The position numbers and the translations under genes are program-made. Below, in pieces: positions 12,401 through 24,313 of a DNA stretch of 64,000 nt (its first letter is position 1; every line of letters starts with the position of its first letter). The DNA comes from Raillietiella orientalis (lineage: Eukaryota), in assembly GCA_036172245.1 (NCBI GenBank), contig JAYWIR010000010.1, positions 2,666,001-2,730,000 on the forward strand, read 5' to 3'. The notes beneath the pieces were generated by a model, which ran no database searches, was not told the DNA's origin, and was given only the letters and a program-made list of their open reading frames with translations.

Positions 12401-14961
12401 CAATATGACTAATTAAAGATGCTTGTGCAACATAATATAATATGGATAATGTGGATGTGCTTGTTGGTGTAGTTATTTGCAAAGTTTTTTAAGAAGGATA
12501 TATAAAAGATTTTCTAAATGATTTTCATTTTTTAAATATTTAAGAATTTGCACATGTGTTTATGAATTAGTAATACCCAAAAAATAAAGCAAGTGTTGCA
12601 TATTGAATTTTTTCATTATAATAGAAGCTTACTTCATATGTAATTTAAGGTACTTATTAAGAAATAACTTCTCCCAATACGTGTTCCATTTGTAGTATGC
12701 ATCAGAGATGTAAAAATTGCAACCCTCTGTACTTTACTCTTTATAAGATCATGTTTGTGAGTATGGTTACATATAAAGTTATGAGTTATCTTTGAATAGT
12801 GAGAGTAATATTTGCAATTATTATTTTCGTAGTTATTTGTTGGGTTAGAAGTAGAGCATTTGGTCATTCTTGTTTAAATTGTGTATAGATAGTGAGAATT
12901 CGGCACCCCCTTAAATGAGAATAAACAAAAGTAGAACTGTTTACAGGATTCGCATGAAAATTTTCGTTTCTGTTTGTTTGTTTTGGGAGTATGTTTTTTT
13001 CCCTCGTATATGTCATTTTGGTTGAAAAGCGCAATGAATTGAATGAGTACAATATTCCAGTATTTTTAAAACCAAGTACACTATTAATAAGTGAAGTAAT
13101 ATGTATTCGTTTATTTTTGAAGTATTTAATAAAGAGCAAAACCATTTCTTCATTTTTAGTTTTGTAAATGAACACTTTGGCTGCAAGTTGCCAGCAATTA
13201 ATTTAGATTGTTCCTTTTTTGTTTTTGTTTTTTGTAGATTTTCATATTTAAAGTGTTGCACATGCATCTTGAATTTGCCTCTTCTGATCACTGAATTCTA
13301 GCTTCTTCAAATTTATTTATTGCAGATTTGAAAAGATTTTTCTGATGATAAGTTAATCAGAAGTAATGAAGATACTTTTACATATCACATCATTGTTATT
13401 AAGTAAATGGAAATATATTCCATGCTTTTCAAAGCAAGAGTTGTATTGATAATATTGTGTTTCAGAAGTTATAATGCCTTCTTTTTTATCAATATAAATG
13501 TGTACACTGTTTAGGCAACAATACTGTAATTTTGTTAAATTCTCATGATCCTTTCATATCACGAAATTTTTGAACTTTTTTATTTCAGTTGTGTCCAATG
13601 TGGATAGCACCAAATGTGTTGACTTTTATAGGATTTCTTTGTACAGTTGTTTGTTTTTTGGTGTTTACTTATTATGATTATTATTTTTGTGGTTGTGCAG
13701 TGGAATTTACTGACTGTGCATCTATTCCACGCTGGGTTTGGATGTTCACTCCTCTAATGTTACTTGCATATTATACTCTAGGTTTGTGGATTTTTGATTT
13801 GCCTATTGAAATTTACTTTTTTTCTTTTTTTTTTCATGATCAGATGGCATAGATGGAAAGCAAGCAAGGAGAACTGAATCTAGTAGTCCATTGGGAGAAT
13901 TGTTTGACCATGGCTTGGATTCATGGTCTGCTGTTTTTGTTCCTGTATGTTTTTATAGCGTATTTGGGAAAGGATACTACAGCATTCCACCAGAGCGTTT
14001 CTTTTTTGCTTTATGGGGTGTATTTTTATGTTTTTATATGACGCATTGGGAAAAATACATCACTGGCATATTGTTTTTGCCATGGGGCTATGATCTTTCA
14101 ACAATGGTAAGGCATATTATTACAGAAATTTAATCCAGTTTTTGAAAGATAACCATCGTAATTTATTTCATGACATACTTCTTTGGTTGCCATTTTTGGA
14201 ATTTTAGCATCATATTTTCGTTGGGATTATATCCAAGTCATGTGTTTGAAGCAACTCTGTGGATTGGGTTCCTATTCCTATGTATGCCTATGACTGCATA
14301 TAACATCTACCAGTAAGAGTGATGCAACCATCACATATAATTTGCTTTGCTAATTCTAGGCATTACACAACTCATGTTGGAAAGCTTCTTACTATTAAGG
14401 AATCTCTAAGACCTCTTAGTGCAGTTTTGCTGTTTATGATAATTAGTATTTGCTGGGTGTTTCTTTCTCCTTCAGACATATTGCGTTACGATCCCAGAAT
14501 GTATTATTATTTAACAGGAACTGTGTTCTCAAATATCTGTGTGAGTAATTTGATATCTTAAAATTATTAAGCGCAAGCAACTTCAGTTTAGAGCCATTTG
14601 ATAATTAGTCAGATGAGTGGAACTCGATGTGAGCTAGTCAATGTTCTCATGTATCCTTATACTGCAGCTGTTCTGCTTAGTGTGAGCATAGGCAGCTGTG
14701 CAGAAATCATTATATTTTATGTACTTGCGATACTGATGACAGTGTTGCATATTCACTATGGAGTTTGTGTGGTAAGTTAATGTGCTGTTGATGTGCTTTC
14801 ATACTCTGTCTGTTTCTTTAATTGCTTGGTTACTCTTTCCTACTTCTTTTCAGGTTAAACAGATGTGTACTCATTTTCAAATCAAATGTTTTCATCTAGG
14901 AACGAAATACCATGTTAATCAGGACGTTCTTCCTTTACTTCCAGGTGAACAGGATCAGTGA
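9382..14961 (+). CDS. EPT1: Ethanolaminephosphotransferase 1 (SELENOI/EPT1-like CDP-alcohol phosphatidyltransferase), 8 coding exons, 409 aa
   Basis: join(9382-9453, 9698-9766, 13589-13781, 13844-14106, 14149-14312, 14360-14540, 14592-14771, 14854-14961) = 1230 nt. All introns are GT-AG and the frame is continuous. It has the CDP-alcohol phosphotransferase motif [26 protein letters not shown] and EPT1-like segments ([52 protein letters not shown]). Confidence 0.95.
9698..9766 (+). CDS. EPT1: EPT1 coding exon 2
   Basis: CTTTTAG acceptor, [29 protein letters not shown] donor at 9767. Confidence 0.93.
13589..13781 (+). CDS. EPT1: EPT1 coding exon 3
   Basis: TATTTCAG acceptor, [16 protein letters not shown]...LAYYTL, phase-1 GT donor at 13782. 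Confidence 0.93.
13844..14106 (+). CDS. EPT1: EPT1 coding exon 4 (catalytic motif)
   Basis: [11 protein letters not shown]...GELFDHGLD...[14 protein letters not shown] donor at 14107. Confidence 0.95.
14149..14312 (+). CDS. EPT1: EPT1 coding exon 5
   Basis: [19 protein letters not shown]...[10 protein letters not shown] after a 42 nt intron, GTAAGA donor at 14313. Confidence 0.85.
14360..14540 (+). CDS. EPT1: EPT1 coding exon 6
   Basis: HYTTHVGK...[31 protein letters not shown] donor at 14541. Confidence 0.92.
14592..14771 (+). CDS. EPT1: EPT1 coding exon 7
   Basis: [17 protein letters not shown]...[15 protein letters not shown] donor at 14772. Confidence 0.92.
14854..14961 (+). CDS. EPT1: EPT1 terminal coding exon 8
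   Basis: CTTCTTTTCAG acceptor, [38 protein letters not shown] stop. Confidence 0.92.
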   Translation, partial: VKQMCTHFQIKCFHLGTKYHVNQDVLPLLPGEQDQ

Positions 14962-17900
14962 ACATTTGAAAGTGCAGTGTTTCTTCCTATGCCCTCAATT
15001 CAAGTGCATCTGAATTGTTCTTCGGTTTTTCCTGTCATCTTGTGCTTTTCATTACCTTTCATTAATCATGATAACTTTTTTGTTGCAAGGATTTTTACTT
15101 CCTAGTCACTTTGTTATCTGTCAAATATATGTATCTCGTCACACTCAGACAGAGCAAACCTTAACATATTTTCTTCATTTCTTTGCATTTTGATATTCTC
15201 TTTTCTCTTTATACTAAAATAATATATTCCATACTATCAGCTATTGCATACATTCATTTATGGTGTAATAACGAACTGATTCATTTCGTATTGATAACTA
15301 TATGTGATATGACATATTTGTATGCGTTAAAAATTCAGTGTTTCTTATTAGCCGCTCATAATTGGACTTCATTATTACTGTTAAAAAGGATTGTTCGCAT
15401 GTTAACATCCTGAATGAAATTGTAAGCCAGTACTGAGTGCCCATATTTCCGCAAATATATGTCTGATTTTTATTGGATTGCATTTTGATTCACTGTCTCA
15501 TTTGTGTAATCGCATACTTGCCCTTTTAAGTCGTATTATGGAGTAGGATGTGTTATCCCATTTTATCCAATATTTTCCTGCGAGTCGGTGCATATAAAAT
15601 TTTGTAGCACTTTTTTCTTGTATTGCACGTCAGGAAGTACCAAACGGTATCATGAACTTTTAAACTGTGAATGCAGCTCTCTGTTCCAATCATATATTAC
15701 TTATATGAAAATGGCGTTTTTGGTGAACCTCAATGGCCATACCTGGAAATACATGAGGAATTCACAGAAATTTTGAAGGAGTATCTCTGAATCACAAATC
15801 TCTGTTTTAAAACGAACCGGCACCTAGAAGTTCGGAATTTTAAAGTCAGTAAGTAGTAAGATGTGAAGTAATTCATTTGGGACATGAGCGCGCGTTCGTG
15901 ATGCTCATTGGGATGCACAGGAAAGGAAAATCGTGTTGTGACTTTAAAATTTTATAGTTCGTTCCTTCCAAATGTAGAATTTGGAGAGCCAAAACTAGTG
16001 CGATGAATATTTGAATTTTACCATCTTGAGTGGTATACTTCTTGTGAATGTTATTTGATGGCCTTTTTCGCCCCGGGGTTGCGGAGTGGCGAGGAGACGG
16101 TGAAACAAAAACTCTTGCTGACGAATTCTGAGAAATTCGTAGTGCTTTGAATGCCGTTTCACAGTCAGGTGCAAAAGAACCGTATGAGCCTTAGAGGCAC
16201 CGCACCACAGGTGACCATGAAGCATGTTGCAGCTTCTTTAACGAATCTTGTGCAGTGCTTTCACGGCATAGATTGGGGGAACCATTCCGATGATCGTTCG
16301 AAAGTGGTGCGATTCGAAAATCACTTTGGAAGCAAATTGTGAATGCCGTGCGCGCTGATTTTCAGAGTGTCGCGAACCGAAGGATGAAAGTTGGAAGAAG
16401 CACCACACCGGGAATTGTGTAAACAAACACGGGAGGAGTTGGCTTCCCAAGTGTCAGCTTTGTGTTCCTAAGTACAGACTCCGCTTTCCGAGTTCAGCTC
16501 TTTGACCCTTTGAATGAGTGATGATTAACGGGTCCAGTGTTCAAGCAAAATGAGCTAATGAGCCACGCGATCTCGAAGTGAGCCTCTCTGGTTTCAAAGT
16601 GCAAGTTGTGAACGAAGTCGGAGTAGGCTTGAGGAAGCCGCTGGGGTCCGAGTAGGTTGTTTGCTCGCCGGTGTTTGGTCTCTGCCTCTTTCTTTGGAGG
16701 GATGTCGCCGGAGCACGCAAGAGTCGGCGGCGGCTTCGACGGACTTTCCTTGGAGTAGGCTTCTCGAATCACCAGTTTCTCTCCAGGTGAATGAGCCGAA
16801 TGGCGGATTTCAGGCGCTGTTTCGAGTGTCTGCCAGCGAATTGCAATTTCAGTCCTTGTTTTACAGTTCGGCCTTTCTGCGTTCGTGATTTCGTTTTTTT
16901 TTGCCACATTTTCGGTTTGCCGTGTTCCCTATACTTTTGTATCCGGGGGAAGGGGATTTTCCGCCCGTTTTAAAGCTATTGAATGGGTGCGGTTGTTATG
17001 CTTTATCGTTTACTTTTGAGTGTTTCGGTCTTTTTACGAAATTAGTTGGTACGAAGTGCACTTCATGCATATCGGTTCTTCCAGGAGTGTGGAGCACTTT
17101 GGTAAACACGGATTCCAAAGAGCGTCGTTTTTCTATCTTGCAGGCCATATCGAGATAAAGTTTCAATCTTCCCGCCACTTGGACCCCGTTTATTTCGTTG
17201 AAGGCTTGTGCGTTCCAACACTCTGAGAATTGCGTCTCCTTTCCCCTGAAAACAGTAGTCTTGACATTCCTTCCGAGAATCCTTAGAAGTTTTATCAGCC
17301 ATGTGGGTTTCCCAGTGTGTAGTTTCTTGTCATTCTTGTTTTGCATCCAGATACGGGAAACCACTGCTCGTTCCTGTTTCGTTTTCCTCTGAAACCTTGC
17401 CATGTTTTCAAATCTTGTATAACTCTGCTCGAGTGGCTGAAGAACGGGGTGGTGCTGACGTCTGTTTTGATGAGCTGATTTTACTTCAAGCCTCACCAAA
17501 GGTGTAAGGTCACGTTCGATTCCTGGTTCGGTCTGAACGTTTTCCGTTGGAGAGTTTTCCACCTTCCGTGAGCAAGGGCACATGTGCCTCCTTGTGTCCA
17601 GGTGGCGATTGCGGTGGCTTGGTTTTCATGTACGTGGATGGGTACATATGTGTGTGTCCCATGAAGTAAGCTGTAGGGAACTTGATCCTGTGCTGGTAGC
17701 GTCCCTGCGTTAAAGGAGGCTGGAACGGCTTGCGTGAGGCTGCAGAAAATTTCGCAGTCATGCTTTAAGGAAGATTCGTGAGGTAGAGAGCTCTGGTCAC
17801 ATAAACGTATCAAGTTTTTTTTTTTCTTTGTGTTAGAAATCTGAGATTTCTTAAGTGGTTTCTCCTTGCAGCTAACTGAAAAAGGGTATATGTTTATAAA

Positions 17901-20228
17901 AGTATTTGTTTAGGTGAAAAGTGTATTTGGGCTTATAACGTCTAACCAGAGAAAAACGACGCAGCTGATTGATCACAAGTCGCAAAGTGAGATAACGGTT
18001 CTACAGTAGAGTAGCAGTTCCAATAGATGTAGGCGAACGTGACGTACCGTAAATAGGTCGTGAGGATCGTTCGAACAAAACGTTTGTATTGGTAAAAAGT
18101 CAGAAGTGGCAGTTGTGACAGAAAATGACAGTTGTAATATACTCACGGAGCAAGCTTTCTGCCGAATCCATCAAACTCCCATTGAAGGGAAGCCATTGAA
18201 GAATCCGCTCATTGTGAATGTGCGTTCGTTTCTTCATAAGCTAAACATCCCGGAGATTCGACTAATGTTTGATTTGCATGAATGGACTTTATTACTGCTT
18301 GCAAAACCATCCTAACACTCGAGTTTTTTTTTTTTGCAACCATTTCAAGCACGGTGCCCCATGGAAAAGTAGTTGGTCCCTGCGGCTACGGAAAGTCAGT
18401 TCTCTGGAGTAATGTTGCATTTGGTTATCAATTTTTGTTTTGTTTTGTTTTGTTTTACTCACCACGCACATTGCTTGGTTTCACACACGAAGTACGGAAA
18501 CGATTTGTATCCTTTGGTTGCTTGTTTTAAAGCCTTCCTCCTTCCAAAAGCACACTGTCCGTTTTGCATGCCCCGAACGGCGAAGTCACTTAACCAACAG
18601 TCCGTTGAGTGACGCAGAGGACAGTGCTTCATCTTGCTGGAGCAGAAAGAAAATAAAGACACCGTATCGCCAGATGAAAAGAACAAAAAACTAGCCACAC
18701 GTGTTTGTATCAATAACCTTTAGGATTGATCCATGATCCAACGTGTTTTTGTTTACACTTACACTGTGCCAATATTTTACGTGCTGCTTTAAATTGGTTT
18801 GAGAGGAAAAAAAAGTCATGTATATGAGGTCACCTGCAGGTTTATGTACATCTGGCGTGCTTGCAATGTATTAAGTGGCAAACTTTTCACCACTGTCACT
18901 AACCAGTGCCCCAACTACGTTCTACAACTACGTGTAATATGTGTAATAATAGTTAACCCAGATAGATCCTGTCATGCGAAGTGCTCTTGCAAATGTAGTT
19001 GCCCAGTATTGTGTTGTGTTGACGTGTCCATATTTAGGAAAATACGGAAACATCGTAATGCGAGTCATTAAATCAAACGTAAAGTCAGTGGATTGAGGAA
19101 GGTTATTGATTGGTTTTTACAGAAAGGTATGCAAGTCCTTACTCTGTCTTTGGCCTGCTCTGTGTCAAAGGTTAGAGAGAGAAGAGCAGCTGCGCTTGAA
19201 TGAAAGTCGCAGAAGAGTGTCGACGAAAACGAGGATCCTCCGATTTCATTCCTGGCGGCAATTAGGTGTGATCCGTTGATATCCGCTGATGACGGCAAAT
19301 CCCAATTCACGTCCGTACATTGCGGTCACGTTAGGTTTTGTTGTGAAGCTGGCAACACTGCTTCCGAGGTTGCTGTCTGCCCGGGCGATTTTAACGTGGA
19401 CGGAACACGAGGTTTCAAAGCAGAACACGAGGTTGGAAGGCGCCCTTAGCTGACCGAAGCCAAAGCATCGGTGTTGAAATGAAGATTTTCTGGCGTTTGA
19501 ATCTTCCGCGTACTAACCGTACTTGGAAAGAGGTTTCCCCCTGGAGAAATGTTCATGAGAAGAATCGGAAAACAAGCACGAAAGCTTGAAACGCGTTGCT
19601 TCAAATTGCGTTTGACCAAATGTGTTTGCCCACGACAGAAGCGCGATTTTGAGGGATAAGGAAAGAAGGGAAAAAAATAGCCGAAGATGTTGAGCCATGA
19701 ACACGACAGCTGAGCTGTGTATGGAGAAACGTTGGAGTGGTATTCCTTATCTTTTCTCAGAAAGTACTCCACGCGAAATAAAATAGAAAAGGAATGCCCA
19801 TGCGAAGTAACTTCAGAATTTGCGCTAACCCCCCCCCCCCAAAAAAAAAAGTCGAGCATCGCCTCAATCGGCAGGGCAGGAAGTATATAAAGGCATCCCA
19901 CTGGATTAGGCAGTCTGGAAAACTTTTGCCAGCATGAGCGACAAAAGTGGAACTGCTGTTCGAACACGAGGCATTGCAGTCGTTGTTTGATATAGTAAAT
20001 AAGTTATCTGAGAAGGCACTTTCTCATCCACAGGTATCGTAGGGAGAAGTCCTGAGATGATTGCTTAGTTTTTATTCATTTTATTTGTGCTTTCACGTGC
20101 ACCGGGGAAGATGACTTCGATTGTAAACATATTTTCTCTTTAGTCATCGAATTGTATATCTTGCGGGGTTGTACTGGAAAAAAAACGCCAGAAGGCTGGC
20201 TATGTAAGTATATTTTGAAAAGAGGGGA

Positions 20229-20557
20229 TGATTCATTCGGGAGCAATGCAGTTTCTTCTGTCATCCGCGGGGCGATTCAGCACTTTCGGATTGTGTTATC
20301 TGTCTAGCATTGCAAGTCCCATTAAGGACCTCAAACTCGGAGCAGTGTGTCGTACCAAGGACTGAACTCCTGAAGATGCTCCTGCGGATGCTGATTCATT
20401 CGGGAGCAATGCAGTTTCTTCTGTCATCCGCGGGGCGATTCAGCACTTTCGGATTGTGTTATCTGTCTAGCATTGCAAGTCCCATTAAGGACCTCAAACT
20501 CGGAGCAGTGTGTCGTACCAAGGACTGAACTCCTGAAGATGCTCCTGCGGATGCTGA
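20229..20557. repeat. Perfect tandem duplication, 2 x 163 bp
   Basis: The unit GATTCATTCGGGAGCAATGC...CCTGCGGATGCT starts at 20230 and 20393, with no mismatches seen. Confidence 0.97.
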
Positions 20558-20581
20558 AGAGGGCCTCTTCAGCATCCGCAG
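20545..20581. repeat. Perfect 18 bp inverted repeat with a 1 nt spacer
   Basis: CTGCGGATGCTGAAGAGG-G-CCTCTTCAGCATCCGCAG. Confidence 0.95.
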
Positions 20582-23500
20582 AAAACCCGCGGAACACCTG
20601 CTGGTGCGGTTCCGTAAAATCCGTTCTCGTTCCCCGGCACACGGGGTGTGTGCGGGGGGTAGGTAGCTTGGTCGGTGTTCCTCTTGTGCGCTGAGCTCCC
20701 GATCTCTCTGAAAGCAGCGCCGCACAGAAACTCGCTAAAGCCCGTTTGAAGGTTTCTTTAAATGAAGGCTCCAGCCCGAGGAAAGAGAGGGCAAGCAACC
20801 GTCTAGGCAGGGGAACGCGTAAATTGGCAGATCGTTTCAGATCCTCCCTGGAGAGAGCGGCGCGGTTTGGTGCTTGGACCAACACAGTGTCTTCGTAGCA
20901 CAGCACCAAGGTCCGAGCACAGTGTCTTCATTCCTTTCAGACATGGATACGTTGGAATTCGGTGATGCTAAGCTCCTCGGTGACTCCAATCATCCCAGAA
21001 TCTCTTCGCCTTGCTAGGAGGCTCAGTCGTGGATGCAAGTGCAACAGAGAACGGTTCTCTCGGGTCATTCACGATGTCGGTCGCAAGTCGAGTGGGCAGC
21101 TGCGTGTACGCCGCGGAACAGCTTGCGCGCATCTGCAGTACCATATGTCCGAATCAGACGTGCCAATCTTATACTACGTGGACGCCCTCAAATCATATAC
21201 GTGTTAGTGCCTGCATTTGTGGGTTTGCCTCCGCGTGTGCAGGCCATCCACCAATACTTGCATCTTGCTCGTACACTCAGTCGCGCGTGCAAGTAACGTG
21301 CATTCCTGCATTCGTTCGTTCACGCTTGTGCATTGTACATGTGTGTACGACATCATGTGTTTATTCCTACGGAACGAACGAAAAACCTCTGGGTGGATGA
21401 TTGGATGTCCACTTCTTCGAGTCGATGTTCATCTTCGAGCGAAGCGGGCGGGAGAGCCAGCGCTCGGAGCGTTTCAACCACTGGCCAAGTGGTTGCAGGT
21501 GGCTGCAGCGCCAGGTCAGCCGCGACAGTCCACTGCTGGCTGGCGCTGCAGTCGAGTCTGGTTGGTTCTGCCATGGAGCTCTCTGCGACCAACGGAGAAC
21601 CTTGGGGCGGTCGGTGAGCCCGGATGTGCTTCCCGTCAGGGTCCGAACGCCGGCTCGCTTCACTCGTGTTTTCCTGGGTCAGGAAAGGGTTCAAGAGGGA
21701 GGGAGGAGAAAAAGGAAATAGGGACGAGGTTGCACGAACGTTTCTCTATCTGTCTTGCCCTCCTCCCAGGTGTGAGTGGACGACTCCTTCAGGTCTCGAA
21801 TTTTCCTTTGCAGAGTTCCTCCGAAACGCCCTTCCTCTTCTGCCTGTCCTGCTCCTCCTTTCGCGCAGCCCCAGCTAATGAGGGTCGTTTCGACGACACT
21901 TCCCGCGGAGATCTGGAGGAGGCAGTCCCGGTCTTTGCATCCACCCCCGGGACGCCGTGACGATGGGCTGCGTCTTCACTGCAAAGAGGGCTCGGACTTG
22001 GACCCCGGGTGGTGAAGACTCCGCCGACGCTCTGCTCCCGCGGGGCGATTTTCTCCCCTTCTCGGCAGCTTCCAGCTTTCCCTTGGAGGCTTTTCTCACG
22101 CCGCGAGCTCGATCGGGGACTCCTTGGATGCTTCCTTCGGGGTCGGAGGAGCACTGTCCCCTTTTCGCCTCTTCCCCCTTCCCCGGCGCGACCTGCCTCT
22201 GTGCCCTCAAGGAAAGTCTTCGAGGCACGTGCCGGGGTACACGCAACGATACGGGAATCTCTCCTCTTTCTCTCCCCCCCTTTTTTCCACCACTTCCCCT
22301 GGAGTGGTTCGATTGTTGAGGTGCGATCAGGACCCTCCTTTCACCGCGTTCCCGCAGAGCACATGGGGCACACGCTGCGCGGGAGTTCCTTGCAGCTGTC
22401 GAAGCCCCATGGCGACCCTACTCAGCGGCCGGATGCAGGGAGTGCTCCGGGCACCACGAGTGTATCCCTCCAGACCCTCGGCGGGAGGAGCCTGAGGGCA
22501 CGGAGGGAGGGAGGGGCACTCGGGTTCGAGCGCCTCCCTCCAGCGCTGAGGACCGGAAGGAACGTCCGTCCACTTTCCCCCCCGTTCCCCGAGGGCGGAT
22601 GCCCGACGGAAGGAGGATCCTGTCTCCTGGAGCGACGTTCCCCGCCGGATGATCCCGCGTCGTTCCTGCGGAGGAGACCCCGGATTTCCTTTCGTCAACG
22701 CTACCGGAGTCTTCCTGTCTCTCCTCCATGGACTCTCTCAAACCTGCCGGGAAAAATCCCAGCGGGCCACCGAGCATCACCTGACATCGGCAGTCCTCAT
22801 CTTTCTTCCCGGGTCCACGGGTAGGGGCGGGGCTCCCAATCTTCGTCTTCCGGTCGCGCCTACCCTCACCCCGCTCGTCGACTCCCCGCTTCCTGCGGAC
22901 TCCTTCCGTCTCTAGCCAGGATCTCTCGGAGGGCCCCTCCCGGGCGGGGAGTGGCCGTCGTTGGGTCCCGTCCGGAGAAGGGGTCCCTGGACGAGTGGAA
23001 CCAAGTCCCCTCTCGACGCCCGTCCGGGAGCGCTGTCCCCGCAGTCGGGAGCCTCGAAGTGGACGTCCCCGGGGAAAGAGGGGCGCTGAGGCGGCGGTCC
23101 TAAAGAGAGAGAGCGCCCCGGTCTCGGTCCGGGCACCACCGCGCCTCCCTCGAGTCCGGCGGCGGCCTCCGGAAGTACGCAGGCGCGCGCGCGCAGGCGA
23201 GCACAAAGGCGGCGGCGGCGCGCGGCTCCGCTCCGCAGGAACTCGCGCGTCTGGTCGTCGCGTGTATCTCCCAACAGACGGGACCGACGTCCCTTCCCCA
23301 CAGGGAGCGACACCTGCCGCACCCCCTCTTTCTCCCCCCCCCTGCCCCCTCACCTGTCCCTGTCGAGCGCATGAGCCGAGCGCGACGCAGCCCCCGGAGC
23401 GAGCCCGCCCGCGGGAGCAGCTGCTGGTTTTTCCCCCCGGGCGCTCTCGGTGGGGAGAAGGAGAAAGGGGAAGGAGGTCGCACGAGCAGAGGGCCGCTCC

Positions 23501-23978
23501 CCCTCGGCGTGAGGCTTCCCCTCCTGCCTAGGGGAGGAAGGGGGTGTGGGGATGAGGGGGGGGGGGGCTGGAGCACACACCTACATCCGCGGTGCCCCGG
23601 ACTCGGCCCTTTCCGAGGGGCCACCCGCAAGGGGTGAGGAAGCCGGGAGCAGGCAGCTGCGGGGGCGGAGGGGGATGCATGGTCGAGGGACAGGAGGGGA
23701 AGCGAGGGAAAGGGAGTGTCGGGCGGCTACTTTCTGAGAACCCCCCCCCTCTCTCTTCCTCCCCTCCTCCTCCCCCTTATGCACTCGCCCCGCGATTCCT
23801 TGCCGCTTTCTGGGTCGTCCCTCCGTGGCGAGCTCTGGGGGCTGAGCAACGGGAGCGCGACCGGAAAAGAGGTGGAGGGTCCAAGCGCACCCTAGGCCGC
23901 AGGTAAATGGGAAGGCATGCGTTGCGTGTCCTGTCCGCAAGGGAGGGGGATCTCTGCGTTCCCTCGGAATCCCTAAAG

Positions 23979-24207
23979 CCATGGCAACCTCCGCACCTGT
24001 CCTCTTCGCGGAGAGGCGAGCCGTTCCGCCCGCCCGCTATTGGAGGAGCGCATCCCGCACGGCGCGAGATGATTGGCGCAGCTGCACGTGCGAGAGGGAT
24101 CCACCTGCTGGGGCAGGGGTTAAATACGGCCCGAGTGGCGGGAGGCGGCTAGTTGCCAGGCGATCGCCGTCGTGGTGGGATACCCTGCGTGCTCCCCCGA
24201 AGCGACC
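23979..24207 (+). promoter_or_regulatory. Probable snail core and proximal promoter plus 5' UTR
   Basis: TATA-like TTAAATA at 24120-24126, with an Inr-like CTAGTT about 30 nt downstream (24149-24154). Reverse CCAAT boxes at 24039 and 24072. E-boxes CACCTG (23994, 24102), CAGCTG (24079) and CACGTG (24085). Strong Kozak context GACCATGG at the ATG (24208). Confidence 0.6.
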
Positions 24208-24313
24208 ATGGCTTACGTGGTGCGGAAGTCCGGCTATGAGAACTGCCCGCTGAAGAAGAGGCCCTTCCAGCTGCTGGACCTGAACAGCGAGGAGGTGAAG
24301 GAGACGTTGATCA
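24208..24313 (+). CDS. sna: Snail-family gene coding exon 1
   Basis: [35 protein letters not shown], then a GTAAGT donor at 24314. Confidence 0.9.

Noticed and set aside
14959..15105. EPT1 ends in TGA followed by 47 open codons, suggesting selenocysteine readthrough as in vertebrate SELENOI
   Set aside because: The TGA is about 14 residues past the position matching vertebrate Sec, and I found no convincing SECIS (ATGA...AA...GA hairpin) in the 3' region. T-rich UTRs are often stop-poor. SECISearch would settle it.
17430..17535. GTTCGATTCC B-box-like motif suggesting a tRNA or SINE
   Set aside because: There is no cloverleaf and only a poor A-box match, with no second copy in the window.
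16494..17583. 137 aa and 195 aa minus-strand ORFs between EPT1 and snail
   Set aside because: No recognisable domain or supporting splice structure, so they cannot be supported without a homology search.
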